Below, one piece after another: positions 38,303 to 48,425 of a stretch of DNA of 64,000 bases. Made by a program: the position numbers and the translations under genes. Source of the DNA: an uncultured Solirubrobacteraceae bacterium (lineage in GTDB: Bacteria > Actinomycetota > Thermoleophilia > Solirubrobacterales > Solirubrobacteraceae). Location of the stretch: assembly GCA_963720975.1 (NCBI GenBank), contig CAVRHJ010000007.1, positions 417,995-481,994 on the forward strand, in the 5' to 3' direction. Numbering within the stretch: the stretch's first letter is position 1; each line of letters opens with the position of its first letter. The notes under the pieces were generated by a model. It was not told the origin of the DNA. It searched no databases and saw nothing but the letters and a program-made list of their open reading frames with translations.

Positions 38303-39369
38303 CGCCGAGCGGCCTGCAGCAGCTCAGCAGCGACGTCATTCGCCGCGTCCGGTCGGGCCAGCGCCGCCGCCGCCGCCGCCATCGCCGCCAGCCGTCGGCG
38401 GTCGCCGAGCAGCGCGGCCACTTCGCCGCCGAGCCGCGTGGCGCTCAGCTCGGCGTCCTGGATCACGACGGCGGCGTTCGCGTCGGCCATCCAGCGAGCG
38501 TTCGTGCTCTGGTGGTTGGCGGAGGCGTGCGGATACGGGATCAGGATCGCCGGCAGCCCGTGCGCGGCCAGCTCGAACACGGATCCCCCGGAGCGCGCCA
38601 CCGCCAGGTCGGCGGCCTCGAGCGCGTCGGCGAAGTCGGCGAGCTCGAGGTACTCGCGCAGGTCATATCCTGGCGGCAGCTGCAACGCGGCGAGCTCGGC
38701 GTAGTCGCGCCGACCGCACACGTGCAGCACGCGGAACGGTCCGCCGGCGAGCCCCTCGACGGCCGCCTGGTTGATCGAGCGGGCCCCCAGCGAGCCGCCG
38801 AACACGAGCACGCACGTCTCATCCGGCTCGAGCTCAAAGCGCTCACGCACCTGCTCACGCTCGTGCGCGTACAGCGGTATCGGCCTGCCGGTCACGCGGT
38901 AGCGCGGCCCGTCGCGCCCGGCGAGCGCAAACGCCAGACACACGCGTCGCGCAAACGGGGCCAGCAGGCGGTTGGTCAAGCCGAGATGGCTGTCCGCCTC
39001 GCTCAGCACGAGCGGGATCCGCAGGCTCAGCGCGGCCAGCCCGACCGGCCCCGCCACGTAGCCTCCACCGCCCATCACGGCGTCCGGCTCCAGCCGCGCC
39101 AGCAGTCGGCGTGCGCGCGGCACCGCCGCGGCGGCCAGCGCCAGCGCGCGCGCAGCGCGCACGAGGCTCGTGCGGCTCAGCCCCTCGACGGCGATCGTGT
39201 GCAGCTCGAAGCCGGCCGCCGGCACGAGCTGCGCCTCGGCGCGACCGGCGCCGATGAACGTCACTTCTGCTCCCTCAGCCCGCAGCGCGTCCGCGACCGC
39301 CAGCGCCGGTACCACGTGCCCGGCGGTCCCGCCGGCGGCTATCACGATCCTCTTCGGCGCTCCGTTCAC
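38299..39369 (-). CDS. murG: MurG glycosyltransferase
   Basis: AGGTAGHVVP, GGYVAGP, FGGSLGA, ARSGG and HQSTNA. Start estimated at GTG 39369. Confidence 0.94.
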   Translation of the reverse strand: MNGAPKRIVIAAGGTAGHVVPALAVADALRAEGAEVTFIGAGRAEAQLVPAAGFELHTIAVEGLSRTSLVRAARALALAAAAVPRARRLLARLEPDAVMGGGGYVAGPVGLAALSLRIPLVLSEADSHLGLTNRLLAPFARRVCLAFALAGRDGPRYRVTGRPIPLYAHEREQVRERFELEPDETCVLVFGGSLGARSINQAAVEGLAGGPFRVLHVCGRRDYAELAALQLPPGYDLREYLELADFADALEAADLAVARSGGSVFELAAHGLPAILIPYPHASANHQSTNARWMADANAAVVIQDAELSATRLGGEVAALLGDRRRLAAMAAAAAALARPDAANDVAAELLQAARR

Positions 39370-40660
39370 CGCCCCATCGTGCCGGTTCGGGTGGACGGGC
39401 GTCGGCGCGCCCGGAGCCCGTGCGACGCTTGCTGCGGCGCGCCGGAGCGACAGCGCGGACGTGCCCGGTGGCACCCGAGGCGACGTTCAGCAGCAGACCC
39501 ATCGCGGCCAGCATCACGATCAAGCTGCTCGAGCCGTAGGACACGAACGGCAGCGGCACGCCGGTCAGCGGCGCCAGCCCGAGCACAGCAAAAGTGTTCA
39601 ACGCCGCCTGCGAGACGATCAGCGAGGTCACGCCGACGGCGATCAGCGCGCTGTACAGGCTGCGTGCAGCCTTCGCCGCGCGTAGGCCCGCATACGCGAT
39701 CAGCCCGTACAGGAACAGCAGCGCGAACACCCCGACCACGCCGAGCTCCTCGGCGATCACCGCGAGGATGAAGTCCGTCGGCGCCTCCGGCAGGTAGAAG
39801 ATCTTCTGCACCGACTCGCCCGGGCCGACCCCGAACAGGCCGCCCGAGCCGATCGCGATCTGACCCTGTACCGCCTGAAAGCCACTGGAGGACGCGTGCG
39901 CCCAGGGGTCCAGAAACGACGTCAGCCGCGCGCGCGCGTACGGTTTCACGAGCGCGTACAGGAACACCAGGCCGATCACCGTGCCGCCGATCAGCGCAAG
40001 CTTCTGCATCGGCATCCCCGCCGCGATCAGCATCACGCCGATCGTGAACGTGATCACCAGCGCGGTGCCCAGGTCGGGCTCGCTGAACACCAGCACCGCC
40101 GCCGAGCCGACGACCAGCAGCAGCGGTCGCGTCAGCTCGCGCAGGTCGTGAACGCTGCGCGGGCGCTTCGCCAGCAGCGTCGCCGAGTACAGCACCAGCG
40201 CGATCTTCATCAACTCTGAGGGCTCGAACTGGAAGGGGCCGGGCCCGATCCAGCGACGGGCGCCGTTGATGCTCACGCCTACGTGCGGGACGTGCACGGC
40301 GAGCACCAGCACGAACGACACCACCAGCAGCGGCGCCGTGATGCTGTGCACTTTCGCGACCCCGTCGCGCGCCAGAACCCGCATCACGACCAGGCCGACC
40401 GCGCCGTAGGAGACGAACTTGATCAGATAACCGCTGCCGTAACCGTGCCCCTGCAGCAGCGTCGTGGCCGAGGAAGCGCTGTACACCATCACCGCGCCGA
40501 ACGCCAGCAGGCACATCGTCGCCGTCACCAGGATGCGGTGCTCGAGCGACTGCCCCGCGCCCGCCGCGGCCGCGGCTCTCCGCCCCGAGCCGGCCGTCCC
40601 GCGCATCTTCCGACCAGCTTTCCGGGTCGGCGGGCGAGGCATCCTTCCGGCTGATGGCAT
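39275..40660 (-). CDS. ftsW: SEDS protein FtsW
   Basis: MVYSAS, GARRWI, FEPSELMK, DLGT, LPEAPTDFI and GVPLPFVSYGSSS. Confidence 0.95.
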   Translation of the reverse strand: MPSAGRMPRPPTRKAGRKMRGTAGSGRRAAAAAGAGQSLEHRILVTATMCLLAFGAVMVYSASSATTLLQGHGYGSGYLIKFVSYGAVGLVVMRVLARDGVAKVHSITAPLLVVSFVLVLAVHVPHVGVSINGARRWIGPGPFQFEPSELMKIALVLYSATLLAKRPRSVHDLRELTRPLLLVVGSAAVLVFSEPDLGTALVITFTIGVMLIAAGMPMQKLALIGGTVIGLVFLYALVKPYARARLTSFLDPWAHASSSGFQAVQGQIAIGSGGLFGVGPGESVQKIFYLPEAPTDFILAVIAEELGVVGVFALLFLYGLIAYAGLRAAKAARSLYSALIAVGVTSLIVSQAALNTFAVLGLAPLTGVPLPFVSYGSSSLIVMLAAMGLLLNVASGATGHVRAVAPARRSKRRTGSGRADARPPEPARWGGERSAEEDRDSRRRDRRARGTGAGGRGRAAG

Positions 40661-40684
40661 TCCCGCTCACTTCGACGCCGGCCG

Positions 40685-41653
40685 CTAGACCCCTCTGCTC
40701 TGGCGGTAGATCGTGAACCCGATCGCGGAGAAGATCGAGGCGACGATCCAGAAGCGCAGGATGATCTTCGTCTCAGACCACGCCTTCAACTCGAAATGGT
40801 GGTGGATCGGCGCCATCAGGAACACGCGCCTGCGAGTCATCTGGAAGGAGATCACCTGAATCACCACCGACAGCGCCTCGATCACGAAGATCCCGCCCAG
40901 CAGGATCAACAGCACCTCCGTCTTGGTCATCACCGCCAGCCCCGCGATCGCGCCGCCGAGCCCGAGTGAGCCGGTGTCGCCCATGAAGATCGTCGCCGGG
41001 AACGCGTTGAACCACAAAAAGCCGATGCAGCCGCCGACCAGCGCCCCGGCGAGCATCGCGAGATCGAAGTCGCCGGCGAGGAACGTGATGCCGATGTACG
41101 CGAGCAGCACGATCGCCGCGCACCCCGCGGCGAGGCCGTCGAGGCCGTCCGTCAGGTTGACCGCGCTGGTCGTACCCGCGACGACCAGGTAGATCAACAG
41201 CGGATACAGCGGCCCGAGGTCGATGTGGTAGTCGACGAAGCGCAGCTCCAGCGTCGACGGCAGGTGCGCCTCGTGCGCGGCGATAAACCACAGCGCCAGC
41301 GAGATCGCGATCGTCACGCCGAGCTTCGTCCGCGCGCGCAGCCCCAGCGAGCGGCGCCGCACGAGCTTGATGTAGTCGTCCGCGAAGCCCAGCAGCGCAC
41401 ACGCGATCGCGACGCCGAACACGCCGACCGAGCGCCATTCGTAGTTCGTCAGGATCAGGAACGGGACCGACACCGCGAGGAAGATGATGATCCCGCCCAT
41501 CGTCGGCGTCCCCGCCTTCTGGTGGTGGCCCTCCGGTCCGTCCTCGCGGATCTGCTGGCCGAACTCGCGCTTGCGCAGGAATTCGATGAACTTGGGGCTG
41601 AGGAAGATGCAGATCAGCAGTGCGGCCGTGCCTCCGATGAGGATGCGGCCCAT
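40685..41653 (-). CDS. mraY: Phospho-N-acetylmuramoyl-pentapeptide transferase
   Basis: KAGTPTMGG, DDYIK, NLTDGLDGL, FMGDTGS and MAPIHHHFE. Confidence 0.97.
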   Translation of the reverse strand: MGRILIGGTAALLICIFLSPKFIEFLRKREFGQQIREDGPEGHHQKAGTPTMGGIIIFLAVSVPFLILTNYEWRSVGVFGVAIACALLGFADDYIKLVRRRSLGLRARTKLGVTIAISLALWFIAAHEAHLPSTLELRFVDYHIDLGPLYPLLIYLVVAGTTSAVNLTDGLDGLAAGCAAIVLLAYIGITFLAGDFDLAMLAGALVGGCIGFLWFNAFPATIFMGDTGSLGLGGAIAGLAVMTKTEVLLILLGGIFVIEALSVVIQVISFQMTRRRVFLMAPIHHHFELKAWSETKIILRFWIVASIFSAIGFTIYRQSRGV

Positions 41654-43134
41654 TCAGCGCCGCCCCGCACCGGCACCCGACGCGAACACGGAGCCCTCTT
41701 CGGCGGCTTGCGCTCACGCCGCGGGCGCTCCGACGCGCCGCACAGGCTCGCCACGACACGCTCCAGGCCGACGCCGCGCGAGCCCTTCACGAGCACCGTG
41801 TCGCCCTCCCGCAGCAGCCCGCCCACGAGCTCAGCAGCCGCCGCCGCGTCTGGCACCGAGCGGCTCTCGCCCGCGAAAGCCGCTCGCATCTCGGCGGCCA
41901 GCGGCCCGACCGTCACGAGCAGCTCAACGCCGCGCGCGCTCGCGTGCTCGCCGATCTCGCGGTGCAGACGGGGTGAGTCGAGCCCCAGCTCGAGCATGTC
42001 GCCGAGCACGGCCACACGACGCGCGGGGGCCGTCTCGGCGAGATCATCGATCGCTGCGCGCATGGACATCGGGTTGGCGTTGTAGCAGTCATCGATCACA
42101 ACCACTCCGCTCGCCAGCGCTTCGCGCTGCCCGCGCATCGCCGAGAAATCGACCTCGAGATCACCGTGCGGGGTATAGCCGAGCGCACGCGCGACCGCCA
42201 CCGCAGCGAGCAGATTACGCAGGTTGTGCGCCTGGGCGAACGACGGTCGCAGCTCGATCAGCGCTCCGCCCGCGAGGATCGCCACGCTCCCGTCCTCGCG
42301 CCGCTCGCTCAGCCTCACATCGCCTTCCTCGCCGAAGCTGATCGTGTGCACATCCTCACGCAGATGCGCCGCCAGCAGCCGCTCGCCGGCCGGGACGACG
42401 ACGCTCGCACCCGGGGACAGGCCCGCGATCAGCTCCGCCTTCGCGGCTGCGATCGCCTCCAGCGAGCCCAGCAGCTCGAGGTGCGCCTCACCGACGTTCA
42501 CGATCACCCCCACGTCCGGCTCGGCGATCGCGGTCAGCTCGGCGATCTGCCCCGGACCGCGCATCGCCATCTCCAGCACCAGCGCCTGCGCGTCGCCCTC
42601 GGCCGCGAGCACCGCCAGCGGCAGGCCGATCTCGGTGTTGAAGTTCCCGGGGCTCGCCGCCACACGTAGATCCGCGCCCAGCAGCGCCTCCAGGATGTCC
42701 TTCGTCGAGGTCTTGCCGCTCGAGCCAGTCACCGCCACGACCTTCGCCCCGCACACGCCCAACTCGCGCCGCCACGCGCGCGCCAGCGCCTGCAGCGCCG
42801 CCAGCGGGTCCTCGTGCGCCAGCACCACGCCGCCGTCCGCGCCCGTGGCACCATCCGCGACCCCGGCCGCAGCCGCCGCGTGCGCGTGCTCGGGAGTGAC
42901 CAGCACCCCCCACGCACCCGCCGCGAGTGCCCGCGCCGCGAAGCGGCCTCCGTCGTCGTGCTCGCCGCGCAAACCGACGAACAGCTCTCCCGCCGACACC
43001 GAGCGGGAGTCGATCCCCGCGCGCTCCGGGCCGGGCGCCGCGGTGGCACGATCGGCGCGCGCGTCAGCGGACGGCTCGCGCACGAGCCTCGCCCCGGCCG
43101 CCGCGGCGATCCGCCTGGCGTCCCAGTCCCTCAT
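41614..43134 (-). CDS. murF: UDP-MurNAc-tripeptide--D-Ala-D-Ala ligase
   Basis: DSR, TGSSGKTSTKD, NFNTEIG, EMAM, DDCYNANP and KGSRG. Confidence 0.94.
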   Translation of the reverse strand: MRDWDARRIAAAAGARLVREPSADARADRATAAPGPERAGIDSRSVSAGELFVGLRGEHDDGGRFAARALAAGAWGVLVTPEHAHAAAAAGVADGATGADGGVVLAHEDPLAALQALARAWRRELGVCGAKVVAVTGSSGKTSTKDILEALLGADLRVAASPGNFNTEIGLPLAVLAAEGDAQALVLEMAMRGPGQIAELTAIAEPDVGVIVNVGEAHLELLGSLEAIAAAKAELIAGLSPGASVVVPAGERLLAAHLREDVHTISFGEEGDVRLSERREDGSVAILAGGALIELRPSFAQAHNLRNLLAAVAVARALGYTPHGDLEVDFSAMRGQREALASGVVVIDDCYNANPMSMRAAIDDLAETAPARRVAVLGDMLELGLDSPRLHREIGEHASARGVELLVTVGPLAAEMRAAFAGESRSVPDAAAAAELVGGLLREGDTVLVKGSRGVGLERVVASLCGASERPRRERKPPKRAPCSRRVPVRGGAEWAASSSEARPHC

Positions 43135-44774
43135 CGCGTGGCGGCCCGCCCGGCGCGCTCAGGGCGTTCGGCAGTGGCCTGCCCGCTGGCTCTCGCCGCG
43201 GCCCCCTCGGCGACCGCGACCAGCGCTTCCCTCGCTACGGACACGTCGTCGAACGGCAACTTGCGCCCGTCCGCGAACTCCTGGCCCTGCTCGTGCCCCT
43301 TGCCCGCGATCACCACCACGTCCCCCGTGCGCGCCGCGCCGATCGCCTGCTCGATCGCGGCCCGCCGATCCACCAGCGAATGCACGCTCGCCGTCCCCGA
43401 ATCCCGCTGCACACCCTCACCGGGACATCCGGGAATCCGACCGCCGGCTGCCACCACGCCATCCATGATCTCCTCGATTATCCGCTCGGGGTCCTCCGAA
43501 CGCGGGTTATCAGAGGTGACGATCACGAGATCCGCCAGCCGCGCGGCGATCTCGCCCATCTGCGGCCGCTTGCCGCGATCGCGATCGCCCCCAGCGCCGA
43601 ACACGCACAGCACGCGCCCCTCCCCCGCCTGCGCGTCCAGCAGCCCGCGGGCAGCGCTCAGCACGTTCTCCAACGAGTCCGGCGTGTGAGCGTAGTCGAC
43701 CAGCACCGCGAACCGCTGGCGCTCCTCGACAGGCTCGAAGCGTCCCGGCACGCGCACGCCGCGCTCCAGCGCCGCGGTCAGCACGTCGAGCTCGAACCCG
43801 AGCCCGTGCACCGCCGCCAGCGCGCCCAGCGCGTTGGCCACGTTGAAGCGGCCCGGCATCGGCAGCGACAGCCGTCGCTCCCCGTCCGGAGTCTGCAGCA
43901 GGAAACCGCAGCCGCCGAGCCCACAGCTCAGATCGCTCGCCCGGTAGGCAGCGGGCGCGTCCAGCGCGAACGTCAGCACGCCGTCGATCTCGCCCGCCAG
44001 GCGGCGCCCGTAGGGGTCATCGACGTTGACCACGCTCACCGCCGGCGCGATCGCCGCGCAGCCGGCCCCGGACCCGGCCAGGCCGTCCTCGCCGGGCAGG
44101 AACAGCCGCCGCTTGGCCTGGAAGTAGTCCTCCATCGTCGGATGGAAGTCGAGGTGGTCCTGCGTCAGGTTCGTGAACACCGCCGCCGCGAACGGGATCG
44201 CCGCGGCGCGGCCCAACTCGAGCGCGTGCGAAGACACCTCGATCGCGCAAGCTGTGTCACCCGCGTCAAGCATCGCGCGCAGGTCGGCCTGCAGCTCGAT
44301 CGCCTCCGGGGTCGTCCGCTCGACCGGCAGCTCACGCCCGCCGATCACCGACTTGACCGTCCCGAGCAGGCCGCACTGCTCGCCCGCGGCCTCCAGCAGC
44401 GCGCGCACGAGGTACGCGGTGGTCGTCTTGCCGTTCGTGCCGGTCACCGCAACGACCTTCAACTCGCGCGCCGGATGCCCATAGAAGTGCGCCGCGATCG
44501 GCGCCATCGCCGCGCGCGCCGAGCGCACGACGAGTTCTGGCACACCGAGGCCCAAAGGGCGCTCGAGCACAAGCGCCGCAGCGCCCGCGCGCACCGCATC
44601 CGCGGCGAACTCGTGCCCGTCGCTGCGAAAACCGCTCACGCAGAAGAACAGGTCTCCCGGCTCGACAGCGCGGCTGTCATACGCCAGCCCGCCGATCTCC
44701 ACGTCCGCGCTCGCGCCGTCGGCATCGCTCCCGCCGGCTACGTCCACAGCCGCGATCAGCTCGCGCAGCCTCAT
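43131..44774 (-). CDS. murE: UDP-MurNAc-dipeptide ligase MurE
   Basis: YDSR, TGTNGKTTT, EVSSHAL, NLTQDHLD, DYAHTPD, DNPR (mDAP-type motif) and AGKGHE. Confidence 0.96.
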   Translation of the reverse strand: MRLRELIAAVDVAGGSDADGASADVEIGGLAYDSRAVEPGDLFFCVSGFRSDGHEFAADAVRAGAAALVLERPLGLGVPELVVRSARAAMAPIAAHFYGHPARELKVVAVTGTNGKTTTAYLVRALLEAAGEQCGLLGTVKSVIGGRELPVERTTPEAIELQADLRAMLDAGDTACAIEVSSHALELGRAAAIPFAAAVFTNLTQDHLDFHPTMEDYFQAKRRLFLPGEDGLAGSGAGCAAIAPAVSVVNVDDPYGRRLAGEIDGVLTFALDAPAAYRASDLSCGLGGCGFLLQTPDGERRLSLPMPGRFNVANALGALAAVHGLGFELDVLTAALERGVRVPGRFEPVEERQRFAVLVDYAHTPDSLENVLSAARGLLDAQAGEGRVLCVFGAGGDRDRGKRPQMGEIAARLADLVIVTSDNPRSEDPERIIEEIMDGVVAAGGRIPGCPGEGVQRDSGTASVHSLVDRRAAIEQAIGAARTGDVVVIAGKGHEQGQEFADGRKLPFDDVSVAREALVAVAEGAAARASGQATAERPERAGRAATR

Positions 44775-44853
44775 CGGTCGTTCCCCCGTGACGGCATGCC
44801 AATCAGTCTAGTTTCCGCTCCAGCCGGAGCCGCGGTCGAGCCGCGCTGGTGCG

Positions 44854-46515
44854 TCAGCCGGGCGAGATACCCAGATATGGCAGCGCGAAGCTCATGATCT
44901 GCCCGAACGCCGGCGCGGCGACCGTGCCACCGAAGATCGAGCCGTAGCGCGGTTCGTCGACGACCACCGCACACAGCAGCTTCGGGTCGGCTGCCGGAGC
45001 GAAGCCGATGAACGATGCGATGTAGGCCGATTTCGAGTATTCGCCGGTCGCCGGATCGACCTTGCTGGCGGTGCCGGTCTTGCCGGCCAGCTGATACCCG
45101 GGGATCGAGACCTCGCTGGCGGTTCCTTCGGGGCCGAGCACCCCTTCGAGCATGTGGCGCAGCTCCGACGCTGTGGTCGTGGAGATGATCCGATGACCGC
45201 GCGGCTCGTGCTGCTGATGACCGCCGATCGCGCGGATGATGTGCGGCGGGCGGAGGATCCCGCCGTCGGCGATCGCCGCGTACGCGCTCGCCATCTGCAT
45301 CGGCGTCACCAGCTCGCCCTGCCCGATCGGCAGGTTCGCCATCGAAGACCCCGAGTACTTGTTCAGCGCCAGCGCCACGCCGGTTTCCTCGCCCGGAAGC
45401 TCCACGCCCGTACGCGCCCCGAAGCCGAACCGATGCACCCAGTAGTTGAACGTGTCGGCGCCCTCCAGGGCGCCGATCTTGATCGCGCCGACGTTGCTCG
45501 AGCGGGCGAGTATCTGCGAGGTGGTGAGGGTTTCTTCGGCATGTTCGGTGTCGTCGTGAATTGTCCGGTCTGCCACCTGGATCTGATCGGGGACGTTGAT
45601 TCCCGTGGTCGGCGTGACCAGCCCACGCTGCAGCGCACCGGAGATCGTCACCGCCTTGAACGTCGAGCCGGGTTCGTAGTCGAAGCCGACCGCCCGGTCC
45701 TCGCTGTCGCTCGCCGGCGATGCGCCCGGATCGTTGGCGTTCACCTGCGGCCAGTTGGCCTGCGCGAGGATCGCTCCACTGCGCGGGTCCATAACGATCG
45801 CGGTCGCGTCCTGCGGGTCGAACGTCTGCGCGACCGCCTTGAGCACATCTTCGCTGCGCTGTTGGATGTTCGCGTCGAGCGTCAGCGCCAGCGGCGCGCC
45901 CGGCACCTCCTGGCGCGGTTCGGTGATCGACACCGGCTGGCCGATCGCGTCGCTGACCACGTGGCGCTTCCCCGAGCGCCCGGCCAGCAGCCTGTTGCGC
46001 GAGTACTCGATCCCGGACAGGCCACCGCCTTCGGTTCCGACCTGACCGAGCACCTGCGCTGCGAGCGTGCCGCGCGGATACACCCGCCGCATCACCGGCG
46101 CGCCGGTCACACCTTCGATCTTCAGCGCGAGCACCTGCTGCGCAGCGCGCGCGGGAAGCGCCCGCTGCAGGTACACGAAGCCGGTGTGCTCGGAGAGCTT
46201 GCGCAGCAGCACCGCCTGCGTCTGCCCGAGCAGCGGCGCCAGGCGCCGCGCGGCGTCCAGCGGGTCGCTCAGCAGGTACGGATCGGCGGAGATGTCCTGT
46301 GCTGGTTCCGAGACCGCCAGCTCGATCCCGTTGCGGTCGGTGATCGTGCCGCGCGGGGCCGTCACCGCCTCGTCGCTCGCCTGTTGATTGCTGGCGACCT
46401 TGCGCAGCGAGCCGCCGCGCAGAACGCCGAGATAGGCGGTGCGCCCAGCCGCCAGCACGAGCACAACGAAGAAGAAGCCGAAGATCGCCCCGATGCGGTG
46501 CTGGACGACCGGCAC
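44854..46515 (-). CDS. ftsI: Class B penicillin-binding protein FtsI
   Basis: RGTITDRNG, EPGSTFK (SxxK), SSN and GKTGT; no PASTA domain. Confidence 0.93.
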   Translation of the reverse strand: MPVVQHRIGAIFGFFFVVLVLAAGRTAYLGVLRGGSLRKVASNQQASDEAVTAPRGTITDRNGIELAVSEPAQDISADPYLLSDPLDAARRLAPLLGQTQAVLLRKLSEHTGFVYLQRALPARAAQQVLALKIEGVTGAPVMRRVYPRGTLAAQVLGQVGTEGGGLSGIEYSRNRLLAGRSGKRHVVSDAIGQPVSITEPRQEVPGAPLALTLDANIQQRSEDVLKAVAQTFDPQDATAIVMDPRSGAILAQANWPQVNANDPGASPASDSEDRAVGFDYEPGSTFKAVTISGALQRGLVTPTTGINVPDQIQVADRTIHDDTEHAEETLTTSQILARSSNVGAIKIGALEGADTFNYWVHRFGFGARTGVELPGEETGVALALNKYSGSSMANLPIGQGELVTPMQMASAYAAIADGGILRPPHIIRAIGGHQQHEPRGHRIISTTTASELRHMLEGVLGPEGTASEVSIPGYQLAGKTGTASKVDPATGEYSKSAYIASFIGFAPAADPKLLCAVVVDEPRYGSIFGGTVAAPAFGQIMSFALPYLGISPG

Positions 46516-46517
46516 CG

Positions 46518-47321
46518 CTACCCTGCGCCGCCAGTCTGAGGAGCACTTTCCGCGCCTGCGGGCGCGGGCGAGGGCGCGGGCGCGGCTTCCGCGGCGCCGC
46601 CGACGGTGCTCGCTTCGCCGCTCGCCGGCGCTGACGCAGATTCGCCGCCGGCTTCAGAGCTGGTTTCGCCCGAGGCGGGTGAGGCAGGTCCTTCGGAGTC
46701 GGTCGTCGGGGCGGACGACGCCAAGCTCGATTCGGAGCTCGCCGGGGTTTCAGAGCTGGTTTCGCCCGACGTGGGTTGTTCAGAGCCGGTCGTCGGGGCT
46801 TGGGCGCGCGCCTTCAGAGCGGAGGCCGCGCGCGTCGCGTCGGCTCTGGGGTTCGCGCTCAGGAAGCGCAGCGAGCTCACCGGCACGAGCTCCATGCCGA
46901 GCGCTGCGGCTTGCGTCTCGACGCGGTTTCCGGCCGCCAGTTCGGAGCTTTCGATGCTCAGCGCCGCGTTCTGTCGCTGCAGCAGCGACTCGCGCTCGAG
47001 CGAGCGCCCAATGCCGGCGTTCAGCTTCAGCAGCATCAGCTGCAGCGCGACGATCCCGATCAGCGCGAACGCGATCAGCGCGATCCAGCTGCGCCCTCGG
47101 ATCAGGCGGTCGAGACGCTCGCTCGGGAAACCCCCGACGAGCGCGATGACGTCGGCGGCAAGGCCGCGCTCGTGCTGCGCGCTCTGCTCGCCGGGGCGGG
47201 CGGGACGACGGGTAGGACCGGAGATCCGCCTCGGCCCGCGCGGGACGACACGCGGTCTGCCGGGCGCGACGGTGCGCCCACGATGGACCGCCGGAGCGGC
47301 GGCGCCGGCGGGCGGGCTCAT
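46518..47321 (-). CDS. ftsL: FtsL-like protein with long Arg/Pro N-tail and acidic C-tail
   Basis: Between rsmH and ftsI; one TM helix followed by a coiled segment (LERESLLQRQNAALSIESSELAA.NRV). Confidence 0.65.
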   Translation of the reverse strand: MSPPAGAAAPAVHRGRTVAPGRPRVVPRGPRRISGPTRRPARPGEQSAQHERGLAADVIALVGGFPSERLDRLIRGRSWIALIAFALIGIVALQLMLLKLNAGIGRSLERESLLQRQNAALSIESSELAAGNRVETQAAALGMELVPVSSLRFLSANPRADATRAASALKARAQAPTTGSEQPTSGETSSETPASSESSLASSAPTTDSEGPASPASGETSSEAGGESASAPASGEASTVGGAAEAAPAPSPAPAGAESAPQTGGAG

Positions 47322-48424
47322 CCGGTGACCTCGGTGTCGTCGATGTCGTCGGTGAGCTTCCGCGCGGCGCGCAGCCGCGCCGAGGCCGCACGCGGGTTGC
47401 GGGCGACCTCCTCGGCCGACGGGACGACCGAGCGGCGCGTGATCAGCGCCGCCTGCGGCTCGCGACCGCAGGCGCAGATCGGCAGGTCTGGCGGGCAGAT
47501 GCAGCCGCGGGCACGCTCGACGAGGAAGTGCTTGACGCGGCGGTCCTCGAGCGACTGGAAGGAGATACCCGCGAGTAGGCCCCCCTCCCGCAGCAGCGCC
47601 CAGGCCAGCGGCAGCGCGCGGTCGAGCTGGCCGAGCTCGTCGTTGACAGCGATCCGCAGCGCCTGGAAGGAGCGCTTGGCGGGGTGCCCGCCGGCGAAGC
47701 GCGCCGGGGCGGGGATCGCGAGGTTGATCGTGTCGACGAGCTCGAGCGTGGTCTCGATCGGAGCCTGTTCGCGGCGGCGCACGATCGCGCGGGCGATCGC
47801 ACCGGCATGGCGCTCCTCGCCGAAGTCACGCAAGGTGTGGGCGATGCGACGCTCGTCCCACTCGGCGACGATCTGGCGCGCGCTGAGCTCCTGCGTCGGG
47901 TCCATGCGCATGTCCAGCGGCGCCTCGTAGGAGTAGGAGAACCCGCGCTCGCGCGTGTCCACCTGCATCGAGGACATGCCGAGGTCGAAGTACACCATGT
48001 CCGCGCGAGTGCCCTCGCGCGCGAGCAGTTCAAGCGCCTCGGCATAGCCGGAGCGAATAAAGCGCACCGAGCAGGCCGTCTCGGCGGCCAGCGCCGCGAA
48101 GCGCTCTTCCGCGAGCGGATCGCGGTCGATCGCCACCAGCGTCCCGGAAGAGCCAAGCCGCTCGGCCAGCAGCCGCGCATGCCCGCCGTCGCCGAACGTG
48201 CAATCGACCGCCAGCTGTCCCGGGCGCGGATCGAGCTGCTCGATCAGCTCGTCGGCGAGCACCGGCGTGTGCGAAGCCTGTCCAGTCACCGCACCACAGT
48301 CTGCACCGGCCGGCCCAGCTGCCGGCCCACGCCGACCCCGCTGGGCGAGTCCCGAGTCACCGGCCCCGCGACGGCGCCTGGCCAACTCCGGCGCCCGGCC
48401 CTCGCACTCATCACGCAGCGTCAT
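47318..48424 (-). CDS. rsmH: 16S rRNA m4C1402 methyltransferase
   Basis: HTPVL, DCTFGDGGH, DLGMSSMQ, PLDMRMD, FQALRIAVN and NPRAASARLR. Start uncertain. Confidence 0.95.
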   Translation of the reverse strand: MTLRDECEGRAPELARRRRGAGDSGLAQRGRRGPAAGPAGADCGAVTGQASHTPVLADELIEQLDPRPGQLAVDCTFGDGGHARLLAERLGSSGTLVAIDRDPLAEERFAALAAETACSVRFIRSGYAEALELLAREGTRADMVYFDLGMSSMQVDTRERGFSYSYEAPLDMRMDPTQELSARQIVAEWDERRIAHTLRDFGEERHAGAIARAIVRRREQAPIETTLELVDTINLAIPAPARFAGGHPAKRSFQALRIAVNDELGQLDRALPLAWALLREGGLLAGISFQSLEDRRVKHFLVERARGCICPPDLPICACGREPQAALITRRSVVPSAEEVARNPRAASARLRAARKLTDDIDDTEVTG

Positions 48425-48425
48425 G

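Noticed and set aside
39275-39369. FtsW tail overlapping murG as a frameshift
   Set aside because: All FtsW motifs are intact, and stop-poor Arg/Gly overlaps are common at this GC content; no independent support.
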